Assembly (NCBI RefSeq): GCF_035084215.1
Contig: NC_090350.1
Location: forward strand, 43,338,001 to 43,402,000
Reading direction: 5' to 3'
DNA: 64,000 nucleotides
Source: Heptranchias perlo
Lineage: Eukaryota
This document shows positions 23,560-34,996 of this stretch, piece after piece. Positions within the stretch are counted from its first letter, which is position 1. Each line of letters begins with the position of its first letter. A model generated the notes under the pieces. That model searched no databases. It saw nothing but the letters and a program-made list of their open reading frames with translations, and was not told where the DNA came from. Position numbers and translations under genes: made by a program.

Positions 23560-24350
23560 CATTGATCAAGGGGACTGTTCTGACCTGGATGGTGTTGAGC
23601 TTCTTGAGTGTTGTTGTAGCTGATCCCATCCAGGCAAGTGGAGAATATTCTATCACAATCCTGACTTGAGCCTTGTAGATTGTGAAAAGACTTTGAGGGG
23701 TCAAGATATGAGTCACTTATTACTCATGAGAGAGTACCCAGCCTCTGCCCTGCTCTTGTAGCCATGTTGATATGGCTGGTCCAATTAAGCTTCTGGTCAA
23801 TGGTGAGCCCCCCCCCCCCAGGATACTTGGCAGTGCAATGCCGTTGAATGTCAAGGGATGGTGGGTTGGGCCTTTTGTTATTGGAGATGTTCATTATCTG
23901 GTACTTGTGTGGTGCAAATGTTATCTCCCTCTTGTCAGCCCAAGCATGGATGTTATTCAGCTCCTGCTGTCGGCTGGCATGGGCTGCTTCATTATCAGAG
24001 GAGTTGTCAATAGAACTGAATACTGTAAAATTGTCAGTGAACAGCCCAAGTCCTGACCTTACGATGGAAGGAAAGTCATCAATGAAGCAGAGGAAGATGG
24101 GTGGGCCAAAGACACTTCTCTTAGGAAATCCTGCAACATTGTCCTGGATTGACCTGATCACAATGATTGGCCTCTAACAAGCAGAACCATCGTACCCTGT
24201 GTCAGGTATGACTCCAATCATTGGAAGGATTTCCCCTTAAATCCCAATGGCCTCAGTTATGCTAACACACCTTGGTGCCATACTCTAGCAGTATGCTGCC
24301 TTGATGTCAAGAGCAGCTATTCACACCTATCCTCTAGCAATCATCTCTTG
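23560..24350 (-). mobile_element. HER1-like LINE RT fragment
   Basis: SVFGPPIFLCFIDDFPS, LTIDQKLNWTSHIN, YKAQVR..EYSPLAW. Confidence 0.85.
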
Positions 24351-24549
24351 CACCCCAATGGAGTGGGTCCTCACTGTAAAGATGAGACTTTGGGGATAAT
24401 TTTAACCTAACCTGTCTGGCAGGAAACTGACCGGATTGGATCAGCTGCAGGTTTTGCACCCTGCCTGATTTCACTTTCTATTGACCGTATTGTCTGGGCA
24501 GCAGATACTGACCCGCAGACAGAGGACGTCAAAGCTTCAAGTGTCCAAT

Positions 24550-24721
24550 CAGCTTAGTTGGTAGTGCTCTTGCCTCTGAATAAAGATTCCAGAACTTGAG
24601 CTCATAGAACTAGATTTTCTGCTCGTTCATAATCATGTTTTCTAGACTGACAGTGTAGTGTAGTGCAGTACTGAGGGACTGTAGCATTGTTAGAAATAAT
24701 GTCCTTCAAATGAGACATAAA
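24550..24721 (+). mobile_element. DeuSINE (SacSINE1-like) 5' half, split by Harbinger B; resumes at 30765-31030
   Basis: gcagtactgaggga...tgagacataaa then aaagcctgtctgc..tcaggtggatgt; colinear with the intact copy at 56890. Confidence 0.75.
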
Positions 24722-25259
24722 GGGCTCGATTTTCGCACCCGCGATCAGGTGCGTTCGTGGCAGGGGGGTTGTGAAAATCTGGGATTCCTGGGGCGGGTCT
24801 GGAGCCCGGCTCCAACCCGCCCACTTCCGGGTTCCCCAGTGACGCGCTGACATGCTCGTGCAGCCCCCGCATGTGGGACTCCCGCTGGCAATTAAAGCCG
24901 GCGGGGTGCCACTTAAAGTACTTAAACAGGTACTTCAGGTCGTTTACAGACCTGATTGACCTGATTTTTTAGGAGGGCTGGGATTTTGAAATGAACTGAG
25001 ACTGTTTCCCGTACTGGGGGAAACACTCCCAGTTCAAATGGACATGTTGCAGCCATCAGCCTGTGGCAGCTGTAAAGGTCCATTTGACAGGTGGGGGGAG
25101 AGACCCTCACTCATTGCAGGAGGCCACTCTGTCACTTTGGACAAAGTTTGGCCTCCACCACCCTCCTCCTAACAATAAAATTCACAAACTTGCACACTTA
25201 GCCCAGTGTCCAGACACATTTATCTACCTTGCGGACCCCCTCAAACATACATCTTCCGG

Positions 25260-25726
25260 ATGGGGGCTGTCGTAGCTGCAGCCATGACCTCCTCAGAGGG
25301 CGAACAGCATCACCAGCCTCGCCATCCACCTCTGAAACGTGGAGCTCCACAACACAGTGCTGTGACACATCCACCTGCACGGCAGGAGGGAGGGCAACCG
25401 CAGAGAGAGATGCGTCGCAGAGGGCACTACCCTTGCCACAGGGTCTACAGACCGAGGCTCAGCTTCCTGGACTTCTCTGAACAGCAGTGCACATGGAGGC
25501 TCAGAGTCACTCGACATGTAGTCGTGGACATCTGCAGCCTCCTTCATGCCGAGCTGCTCCCGGCTGGCCCAGCACCATCTTCTTACCTGTCGCAGTCAAA
25601 GTCACCGCTGCCCTCAACAACTTCTCCTCCGCATCCTTCCAGGGTGCCACCGGGGATGTCGCCGACGTCTCTCAGTCGTCTGCACAAAAGAGCCCTGCAA
25701 ATACACCTACACCCACGCTGCAGTGA
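25260..25726 (+). pseudogene. Harbinger transposase N-terminal remnant (no DDE core)
   Basis: RVYRPRLSFLDFSEQQC.RLRV..ICSLL / FLPVAVKVTAALNNFSSASFQGATGDVADVSQSSA, one frameshift. Confidence 0.8.
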
Positions 25727-26082
25727 CACAATGGGTGGCATCAAGTGTGCGTGTTCATGGTGAACCCCATGAAAGGGACCTATTCCACAAGCCAGTCAAG
25801 AATGGGCAAGACGTGGCAGTAGTGGTGATAATAATATTTATTGTGCATGTGAAAGAAAACAAATATAAATAAAAAACGTGACAAATCGTCGGACACCCTT
25901 GTGCAGTCCCTTTGTGCTCACAAAACCTTTGACGTGCGTTTCCGGGAACCCCTACGTGGTGCTACCCCTGTGGCTTCAGCAGAGGTAGTGGCAGGTTGCT
26001 CTTGTCCATGCCCTGACCAATGAGATGCTTTGGGCCGACGCTCTCTGGGTTTGGGTGCCCGTGAGGGCCCCTCCAAAGACTG

Positions 26083-28831
26083 AATCTGTCTCGCCTGAAT
26101 CTTCAGGCGAGACAGAGGGGGAGGTATAAGAGGAGGGGGGGGTCGCAATATTAATTAAAGAATCAATTACTGCCATAAGGAGGGATGATATATTAGCAGG
26201 TTCCTCTAATGAGGCCATATGGGTGGAGCTTAAAAACAAAAAGGGGGCAAGCACTTTGATGGGAGTGTACTATAGGCCCCCAAACAGTCAGGGGGAGATA
26301 GAGGAACAGATATGTAGGCAAATCTCAGAAAATTGTGCAAATAATAGGGTAATAATAGTGGGGGATTTCAACTTCCCCAATATTAACTGGGATACTCAGA
26401 GTGTAAAAGGCTTAGAGGGTACAAAATTCTTAACGTGCATCCAGGAGAGCTTTTTGAGCCAGCATGTAGAAAGTCCTACAAGAGAGGGGGCGGTACTGGA
26501 CCTAATTCTAGGGAATGTGGCCGGCCAAGTGGAAGAAGTGCTAGTAGGTGAGCACTTTGGTGACAGTGACCATAATTCGGTGAGATTTAAGGTGGTCATG
26601 GAAAAGGACAGGGAGGGGCCGGAAATAAAGGTTCTAAATTGGGGGAAGGCCGATTTTAATAGGATAAGGCAGGATCTGGCCAAAATGGACTGGGATCAGC
26701 TGCTTGTAGGAAAATCCGCATCGGAGCAATGGGAGTCTTTCAGAAGGGAGATTGAGACCATACAATGGCAACATGTTCCCGTAAAGGTCAAGGGTGGTTC
26801 CAAGAACTCCAGGGAACCTTGGATGTCAGGGGATAGACGAGAATGGATTAGGAAAAAAAGGAGGGCTTTTGGCAGATACAAAAGGCTAAAGACGGAGGAA
26901 GCCCTAGAGGAGTACAAAAAGTGCAGGGGGATACTTAAAAAAGAAATTAGGAGATCAAGGAGGGGCCATGAAATAACACTGGCGAGCAAAATAAAGGAAA
27001 ATCCTAAGATGTTTTATAAGTATATTAAGGGTAAGAGGATGACTAGGGAAAAAATAGGGCCCATTAGGGACAAAAACGGCAATCTGTGTGTGGAGCCGGC
27101 AGATGTAGGAGGGGTTCTAAATGAATTTTTTGCATCTGTTTTCACTATGGAGAAGGACGATGTAGACATAGAAATACGGCAGGGGGACTGTGATATACTC
27201 GAACATATTAACATCGAGCGGGAGGAGGTATTGGCGGTTTTAGCAGGCCAAAAAATGGATAAATCCCCAGGCCCGGACGAAATGTATCCCAGGCTACTGT
27301 GTGAGGCAAAGGAGGAGATTGCGGGGGCTCTGACACATATATTCAGAACCTCTCTGGCCACAGGGGATGTGCCAGAGGACTGGAGAACCGCTAATGTAGT
27401 ACCATTATTCAAGAAGGGGAGTAGGGAAAAACCGGGGAACTACAGGCCAGTGAGCCTAACATCAGTGGTAGGAAAATTATTGGAAAAAATTCTGAAGGAC
27501 AAAATTAGTCTCCACTTGGAGAAGCAAGGATTAATCAGGGATAGTCAACATGGCTTTGTCAAGGGAAGATCATGTCTGACTAATTTGATTGAATTTTTTG
27601 AGGGGGTGACTAGGCGTGTGGATGAGGGTAACGCAGTGGATGTGGTATACATGGATTTCAGTAAGGCCTTCGATAAAGTCCCCCACAGGAGACTGGTCAA
27701 GAAGGTACGAGCCCATGGAATCCAGGGTGCCTTGGCACTTTGGATACAAAACTGGCTTAGTGGCAGAAGGCAGAAGGTGATGGTCGAAGGTTGTTTTTGT
27801 GACTGGAAGCCTGTGGCCAGTGGGGTACCACAGGGATCGGTGCTGGGTCCCTTGCTGTTTGTGGTCTACATTAATGACTTGGATATGAATGTAAAAGGTA
27901 TGATCAGTAAGTTCGCTGATGATACAAAGATTGGTAGGGTGGTAAATAGCGAGGAGGATAGCCTCAGTCTGCAGGACGATATAGATGGGTTGGTCAGATG
28001 GGCGGAACAGTGGCAAATGGAATTTAACCCGGAAAAGTGCGAGGTGATGCACTTTGGAGGGACTAACAAGGCAAGGGAATACACAATGAATGGGAGGACC
28101 CTAGGCAAGACAGAGGGTCAGAGGGATCTTGGTGTGCAAGTTCACAGATCCCTGAAGGCGGCGGAACAGGTAGATAAGGTGGTAAAGAAGGCATATGGGA
28201 TACTTGCCTTTATTAGCCGAGGCATAGAATATAAGAGCAAGGAGGTTATGATGGAGCTGTATAAAACACTGGTTAGGCCACAGCTGGAGTACTGTGTGCA
28301 GTTCTGGTCGCCACACTACAGGAAGGATGTGATCGCTTTGGAGAGGGTGCAGAGGAGATTCACCAGGATGTTACCAGGGCTGGAGCGCTTCAGCTATGAA
28401 GAGAGACTGGGAAGATTGGGTTTGTTTTCCTTGGAGCAGAGGAGGCTGAGGGGGGACATGATTGAGGTGTACAAAATTATGAGGGGCACAGATAGGATGG
28501 ATACTAAGGAGCTTTTTCCCTTCGTTGAGGGTTCTATAACAAGGGGACATAGATTCAAGGTAAAAGGCGGGAGGTTTAGAGGGGATTTGAGAAAGAACTT
28601 TTTCACCCAGAGGGTGGTTGGAGTCTGGAACTCACTGCCTGAAAGGGTTGTGAAGGCAGGAACCCTCACAACATTCAAGAAGCATTTGGATGAGCACTTG
28701 AAATGCCATAGCATACAAGGCTACGGACCAAATGCTGGAATATGGGATTCGAGTAGACAGGGCTGATGGCCGGCGCGGACACGATGGGCCGAAGGGCCTC
28801 TATCCGTGCTGTATAACTCTATGACTCTATG
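26083..28831 (+). mobile_element. Young 5'-truncated CR1 inserted in Harbinger B
   Basis: Uninterrupted ORF2; tail ctctatgactctatg; host ccaaagactg|ctccacctg rejoins. Confidence 0.95.
26223..28766 (+). CDS. CR1 ORF2 (partial APE plus complete RT), 847 codons without a stop
   Basis: [29 protein letters not shown]; N-terminal endonuclease missing. Confidence 0.9.
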   Translation: MELKNKKGASTLMGVYYRPPNSQGEIEEQICRQISENCANNRVIIVGDFNFPNINWDTQSVKGLEGTKFLTCIQESFLSQHVESPTREGAVLDLILGNVAGQVEEVLVGEHFGDSDHNSVRFKVVMEKDREGPEIKVLNWGKADFNRIRQDLAKMDWDQLLVGKSASEQWESFRREIETIQWQHVPVKVKGGSKNSREPWMSGDRREWIRKKRRAFGRYKRLKTEEALEEYKKCRGILKKEIRRSRRGHEITLASKIKENPKMFYKYIKGKRMTREKIGPIRDKNGNLCVEPADVGGVLNEFFASVFTMEKDDVDIEIRQGDCDILEHINIEREEVLAVLAGQKMDKSPGPDEMYPRLLCEAKEEIAGALTHIFRTSLATGDVPEDWRTANVVPLFKKGSREKPGNYRPVSLTSVVGKLLEKILKDKISLHLEKQGLIRDSQHGFVKGRSCLTNLIEFFEGVTRRVDEGNAVDVVYMDFSKAFDKVPHRRLVKKVRAHGIQGALALWIQNWLSGRRQKVMVEGCFCDWKPVASGVPQGSVLGPLLFVVYINDLDMNVKGMISKFADDTKIGRVVNSEEDSLSLQDDIDGLVRWAEQWQMEFNPEKCEVMHFGGTNKAREYTMNGRTLGKTEGQRDLGVQVHRSLKAAEQVDKVVKKAYGILAFISRGIEYKSKEVMMELYKTLVRPQLEYCVQFWSPHYRKDVIALERVQRRFTRMLPGLERFSYEERLGRLGLFSLEQRRLRGDMIEVYKIMRGTDRMDTKELFPFVEGSITRGHRFKVKGGRFRGDLRKNFFTQRVVGVWNSLPERVVKAGTLTTFKKHLDEHLKCHSIQGYGPNAGIWDSSRQG

Positions 28832-31554
28832 CTCCACCTGCGCAGGGGCAGACTCGACCACCTGGAGAGGGGGCAGCATTGCGGGTACTGGTTGAGAGGG
28901 GGGCAACGGGTGAGAGGTGGGAGTGCTTTGAGTGGCGTCCCCACTTCCATGTCCTCTTTCACCATCATCCCTCTCGTGGCCCAGGCCCACATCACTCTTT
29001 CCACCCTGCTGGACGGCAGTTTGGAGGACTTGTGTGAGGCCTTGGAAGGCCACTTGTAAAGTATGTCAGCCTGTTCAAGGCGGCAGAATGTTGCTCACCC
29101 TGAATCCGAATGGCTGTTGTCAGGGCCTGAATGGACTCATTGTTGAGCCGTGCTTGACGCTCGAGGGAGGCTAGCCTTTCCTCCATCGCAGACATTCCCG
29201 CACCTACCCGCGACACTACCTCAGAGGTGCCTTCATGTCCCTGCGACACCATCTCGGAGATACCCTCCTGTACCTGTGCCACCATTCCTCCCATGCAGGA
29301 GTTGGACTCCTCCATCCTCTGCGCGATTGTGGAGAGTGCACGTGGCACCTGTTCCAGCACCTCGGCAATGTGCTGCTGCCCCTCAACAACTCTCCTTTTC
29401 ACGGCTGGCCCTGAGGGTTCAGCGTCTGGGTCCAGCTCAGCAGAGCCTGGAGAAGAGTGCTCCCACCGACGCAGACTCTCCACGGCTGCACCAGGGTCTG
29501 CTCATGCTCACATGCGTGGTGACTCACCATGTGCAAGCCCAACTAAGTGAGGATGGGGACCCACCGAGGTGTATGTATCTGCGCTGGTGGATGCATGGCT
29601 CATATGTGACGATGGACCCTCAGAGGCCGGCAGGTCCTCTGAGGAATCGCCCTCCACGGTCACAGCGCTCACAGATGGCCCTGCAAGAGAACAGAAAGCA
29701 ATATTAGGCATGTGGACAGATGTTGAGGTGCTGCAGATGCCAAGTGATGCTAAGATCATTCGCTATCATGAGTGCTGAGTGTTAGCTTTCTGTCACCGGC
29801 TGCTTGTGCAATCCCAGCCTCGGCATCCGCCACGGACAGGCACTCCAGCGTGCGGCTGATGTCTAATGCCTGCTGCTCTGCGGCTGTTAGTGCCACCTGG
29901 TGTGGCGGGCCCCCTCCGGTCCGTGCCCTCTCCCAGGCGTTCTGGCATCTATTCTCCTATCAAGGCAAAACACAGAGGCATGATTGAGTGATGGTTGCAT
30001 GGTGAGCCGCTGCATGCATTGGTGTGGGTGGGGTTAAGCGTGAGGGAGATACATGGGAGGGTGCGTGTGCAACATAGCCATGATATTGTATGAGGATTGG
30101 GTTGCGTGGTAGTGTTCGAATGGGGACGGGGCGGTGAGTACGTGCAGGCAAGGTGAGGATGATAGTTGAGTGGATGTGAGGAGTGATGCGAGAGCGTTGT
30201 GGTGGCAGTGCCGAAGGGGTTGTGAGATGGAGGAGGTGATGTGGAAGACGGAGTGTGGGAGAATGCATAAGTATACTCACTTTGCCTGACCTGGTTAGGT
30301 CATTAAATCTCTTCCTGCACTGGACCCAGGTTTGTGGCACATTGCCGCAGCTGGTGACCTCCTCGGCCACCTCCAGCCAGGCCTTCTTCGTGGTGGAGGG
30401 AGGGCACTTCCTCCCATCAGACGGGAAAAGGATTTCCCTCCTCCTCCTCACCCCATCCAGCAGCAGCTGAAGTGAGGAGTCCGAAAATCTTGGGGCAGCC
30501 TTCCCTCTGGCCTGCTCCATGGTTCAGCATTGGTTGTTTGCTGCAGGAGGAGCATTGGTGGACTGCCCCTTTAAATAGGGCTCCTCCAGCTGACAGACCG
30601 CCCGCCGCGCAGCTTACCAACGGGAAACCCGGAAGCACAGGTAAGTGGCTCCAATTAGCCTGCGATTCCGTGCGGAGCACACTGATTTCACTGGGCGCGT
30701 TACCCACGCGCCCAGTCAACCCCCCCCCCCGCTGAGAACCCGCTGCCCTGCTAATATCGGGCCCAAAGCCTGTCTGCTGGTTCAGGTGGATGTTAAAAAT
30801 CCTATGTCACTATTTGAATTACAGGGAGTTCTCCCAGTCTCCTGGCCAATATTCTTCCCTCAACCAACATCTCCAAAAACAGATTAACCTGGTCATCCAT
30901 CTCACTGTTTGTGGGACTTGCTGTGCAAACTGGCAGTTGTTAACAAGAGCACAATTTAATTCACTGTAGGTGGGGAATTTGCGCTGTTTCTAAGAAATTA
31001 AGGCACTATATTAATATAAATTCTTTCTCTCTTCCTTCCTCCACTTCCTTCCTTAGAAGCTGAGAGATTAAGGAACTGTGCCTTCATCTACTGTGCTTTT
31101 GTACACCAGCCATTCCTCCTCCATGCTCCTCCCCTCAGTACTGCCAGATCCCAGCCTTCCCTCTCAGTGCCATAAGATCCCTGCCCTCCCCCTCCCCTCA
31201 GTAGCACCTGATTTCCCTTCCCCCCCCCCCCCCCCACTAGTGCTGCCTGAACCCAGCCTGCTTGATCTGTTCCCAAACCCCAGCCATGCACCGTCAACCA
31301 CTTCTTCCTCATGCCCCCACAACATTTTCCCATTCCATCCTGCACCCCAAACCCCAAAACCCTGGAATCAGCCTAATACCCGAGTTTCTCTCTCACCAAT
31401 GCATGTTGCACCAGCTTCTGGTCAGAATGTTTTCACCCAATCCCAGTTCCCAGCTCCAACCCAGTGCAAGTTTGCTTATATTTTGTCAAAGATCCTAGGC
31501 GTCAACCAAGATAAGATATAAAAATTGAGTACTTCAGTAAAGGAATTTTAAAAA

Positions 31555-31922
31555 AATTAATTCATGGGATGTGGACGTCGCTGGTAAGGCCAGCATTTAT
31601 TGCCCATCCCTAATTGCTCAAGAAGGTGGTGAGCTGCCTTCTTGACAACTGAGTGGCTTACTAGGCCATTTCAAAGGGCAGTTAAGAATCAACCACATTG
31701 CTGTGGTCACATATAAGCCAGACCGGTAGGTTTTCTTCGCTAAAGTGAACCAGATGGGTTTTTACGACAATCCGGTAGTTTCATAGTCACCGTTCTGGTA
31801 ATAGCTTTTTATTCCAGATTTTATTTAACCGAATTTAAATTCCCCAGCTGCCGTGGCGGGATTTAAACTCATGTCTCCAGATTACTAGTCCAGTAACATA
31901 ACCACTATGCTACCATACCCGT
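31555..31922 (-). mobile_element. HE1-like tRNA-derived SINE sharing its 3' tail with the HER1-like LINE
   Basis: Head rc ggtagcatagtggtt...gagtttaaatccc (A/B-box-like); tail block gcatttattgcccatccctaattg matches LINE ends at 41940 and 61545. Confidence 0.75.
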
Positions 31923-32891
31923 AGGTATATACGTGAGATACCGATATACAGAAGAGAGGAATAACAGAGATAGAATGAGACAAGCAGAGTGATAGAGACA
32001 GCACAATGAAAAACTGAGAGCCATACAGAAAGAGAAACACAGTGGAACACAAACAGAAAGACAGAGAAAGGAACACAATTGGAGTGGGAAAGAAGCAGCA
32101 AAACAGTTACACACTGCCATGTTTGTCCACAAAACAAGTGACCACACTTCAAAAGTAATTCAATGGTTGTGAAGTGCTGGGACATCCAGAGGATGTGAAA
32201 AGGGCCTATAAATGCAGATATTTTTCTTTCTTACTGGGTAGTATGCTGCCGTCCCTTAATAACGTACTGTGGCTTACTGAGATATGTTCAATGTGTATTG
32301 TGTATTAACGCTGTGTGTGTTACTTGGTATAGGACATCTGAATAGATTATAAAACACATTGTATAATTAAAAGTCTTGCATCTGACACTTAAATGTCACA
32401 TATGCAAAATGTATGTCACACTTAATTGTTTCAAATAGCTATTATCTATTAAGTTAACCATGCTGATTGGCTGAAGTGCAGACAGAAAAACCTACCAATC
32501 CATGCAAATCTGACCAATCAAATCATGGAAATTTGTTTCAAAGCTACCAATCAGGAAACAACAACTGCAGCAAAATGAAGTAAAGAAATCACAAACAATT
32601 TTCTGATTTCTTTTGTTTCTGTTATTTCCTGAATCAGCGTCTGTAACAAGTAAAACAATACAATTTACAACAAGTCAATAAACACTTAAATAATCGGCAA
32701 AAAAATCCCTAAAACCTACCCATGTCCAAGTCCTGTTGTAACTCCTGTTCGAGGCCTTTCATAGGGGTCCTGTTTTCTTCCTTTCCTGATTAACTCTCGT
32801 TACCACTGCTCACTCTTTTGTTTGCAGCGCTTTTTTACTACACAAGAATAAACAGTTGTCTGTCCCCCTGCTCTGTGCAGTATCTATGTTT

Positions 32892-33054
32892 GGTGTAGAT
32901 TTTCATCTTCACCACCTGGCTGGTAATCTGAAGGGGCTGATCACACACCCATTGCAGAACCCGCCTGATTTTCATTTCATTAATTTTAATGTGCAATTCC
33001 CCCCCCCACCGCCACCAGATTACCACCCAGGTGGTGAAGCTGAAAATATACCCC
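32892..33054. mobile_element. MITE with about 28-bp imperfect TIRs
   Basis: ggtgtagattttcatcttcaccacctgg / ccaggtggtgaagctgaaaatatacccc. Confidence 0.7.
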
Positions 33055-33509
33055 ACACATATATACACTACACAGAGGGGTACACTTTGCATTTAATGCA
33101 CATTCTTTGCACTTCAGGTACCACACAGCAAAGCATTTAAAAGAAAAGGCTTACTGGTTTCTTCTGACCTGGAGCCAGAAATGTACAAGCAAATTCCCTC
33201 ACTAACAACAATTAACTTGTAATGAACCCAGGTTGTCCTGTATAAACAGCATTAGACTGTTTGGCTGTAAAGTGATGGACAGGTTAAACACAACTTAGCC
33301 TTAACAACAGAATAATACATTGTGCAATGTAATGCTCCTGTCCATTATAACCTCTGCCACAGGAATTCAGCAAGTTTTCAGTAATAATGCACTGTACATT
33401 CCAGTATATATTCTATAATAAAGCACAGTGTTATTGGCCACAGTGTTATATAACACATTGTGATCATGTTCCAGTGTGCATTAGTGCTGAGTGTGTTTTG
33501 TTTTTACAG

Positions 33510-33709
33510 GTGAGCACATGCAGGTAATGAGTCAGCTGTCTGTAGGGAGCACTGTGACTTTGTGCGATGGAGGAGAGCTAGTAAGTGATGATACACCAAC
33601 TCCCAAATCTCCGAGAATAACTGAGCCTCACGATGTTGAAGATAGAATGAAAAATGATTCTGACTGTGAGACAACACCAAGATCACAGTCACCAGATGAT
33701 GAGAAAGCA
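33510..33709 (+). CDS. CNKSR1: CNKSR1 linker exon
   Basis: gtttttacag| ... |gtgagt, 200 nt phase 1-0, open frame GEHMQVMSQ...SPDDEKA. Confidence 0.8.
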
Positions 33710-33869
33710 GTGAGTGCTGAGTGTTTTGTTGTGTCGTCGTTTACCATGAATTTTGTGCACTTTTAAGCTGTTTGTTCCAGGAAATGTTGACGTCAGTCAG
33801 TATAAACAGAAATCATCTTACAGAAAATAATGAAAAAGGCAACATTAGCAATACCCAGCATCAACATCG

Positions 33870-34143
33870 AACACTCCCAGGGCAGGTACAGCTCGGGTTC
33901 GATACAGAGTAAAGCTCCCTCTACACTGCCCCATCAAAACTCCCAGGGCAGGTACAGTACAGGGTTAGATACAGAGTAAAGCTCCCTCTACACTGCCCCA
34001 TCAAAACTCCCAGGGCAGGTACAGTACAGGGTTAGATACAGAGTAAAGCTCCCTCTACACTGCCCCATCAAAACTCCCAGGGCAGGTACAGCACGGGTTA
34101 GATACAAAGTAAAGCTCCCTCTACACTGCCCCATCAAACACTC
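33870..34143. repeat. 66-67-bp tandem repeat, 4 copies
   Basis: actcccagggcaggtacag at 33873, 33939, 34006 and 34073. Confidence 0.95.
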
Positions 34144-34747
34144 AGCTATGCGTGTTTAATTCCGCTCGGTCAGTAATTCCAAACTTCTAGTCACAAGATG
34201 TCACCTCTGTACATTTAAATCAAAAATCCAGAGAAATGGACAAACCGAAAGCACTCCAGTAAAAGGTCATTCTGAGAACAGTTTGGTTTTTAGGAAGGAT
34301 TCTGATGACAAAATACACTTAAAACAAAACAGTGAGGCAACAGGAAGCCTGGGGCTGCGAAACCCAATACAACAGGATATTGGACAATAGGTCCTGTGGT
34401 GCTACTCATTCACATGAGCTCTCATACACGCCAAATAAGATATGTAAAGAGATCCCTGCTTTCAGAGAGCCTGAATTGATTATTAAGAGCTGTTTAAGTT
34501 AATTCAAACACTGCACTAGTGCTGCTTTTTCTCAGGATCCCACTCCTTTATCTGTCCTGGAGAAACCAGTGTCAGGAGTCGATTTTAAAAAAAATGTAAC
34601 CTGAATTGGGTAAGATAGATCAAAGTGATACTAGAAGGAAAATGAACCCAAGACAAAGGGAGACAGCTAATGTAACCTTGTAGACTGAGGTTCGGAGGGA
34701 TGAGGGTTCCCGATGTGAACCTCGGTCAGTCACCAAACGTCCGGTCT

Positions 34748-34996
34748 GTGGGCAGGAGCCAGTGCCCTGGTCTGAGGCTTGTGGGCAGGAGCCAGTGCCC
34801 TGGTCTGAGGCTTGTGGGCAGGAGCCAGTGCCCTGGTCTGAGGCTTGTGGGCAGGAGCCAGTGCCCTGGTCTGAGGCTTGTGGGCAGGAGCCAGTGCCCT
34901 GGTCTGAGGCTTGTGGGCAGGAGCCAGTGCCCTGGTCTGAGGCTTGTGGGCAGGAGCCAGTGCCCTGGTCTGAGGCTTGTGGGCAGGAGCCAGTGC
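34748..34996. repeat. 33-bp perfect minisatellite, about 7.5 copies
   Basis: Unit gtgggcaggagccagtgccctggtctgaggctt. Confidence 0.97.

Larger units (their letters stand above)
25918..30520 (-). pseudogene. Harbinger Myb/SANT-like accessory gene, 3 exons (30520-30281, 29956-29797, 29680-25918), last exon frameshifted and split by CR1
   Basis: PRFSDSSLQLLLDGV...KKAWLEVAEEV...QCRKRFNDL; GT-AG junctions in phase; RARTGGGPP motif; frame resumes across the CR1 (PAQVE / QSLEGP...KVL*). Confidence 0.85.
24722..30764. mobile_element. Non-autonomous Harbinger copy B (about 3.3 kb plus 2.75-kb CR1 insert), 3-bp TSD AAA
   Basis: TIRs GGGCTCGATTTTCGCA / rc GGGCCCGATATTAGCA; aaa at 24719-24721 and 30765-30767; host SINE rejoins. 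Confidence 0.9.

Noticed and set aside
26223-28766. 847-aa RT ORF as a domesticated gene or autonomous element
   Set aside because: 5'-truncated within the endonuclease, no ORF1 or promoter, normal CR1 tail; simply a young insertion
29960-30520. Host NAIF1/MSANTD gene
   Set aside because: Lies between TIRs with a TSD, has a second copy at 21375, and the last exon is disrupted; it is transposon-borne
33870-34996. Regular arrays resembling CRISPR
   Set aside because: Head-to-tail identical units with no unique spacers, no cas genes, vertebrate intron context
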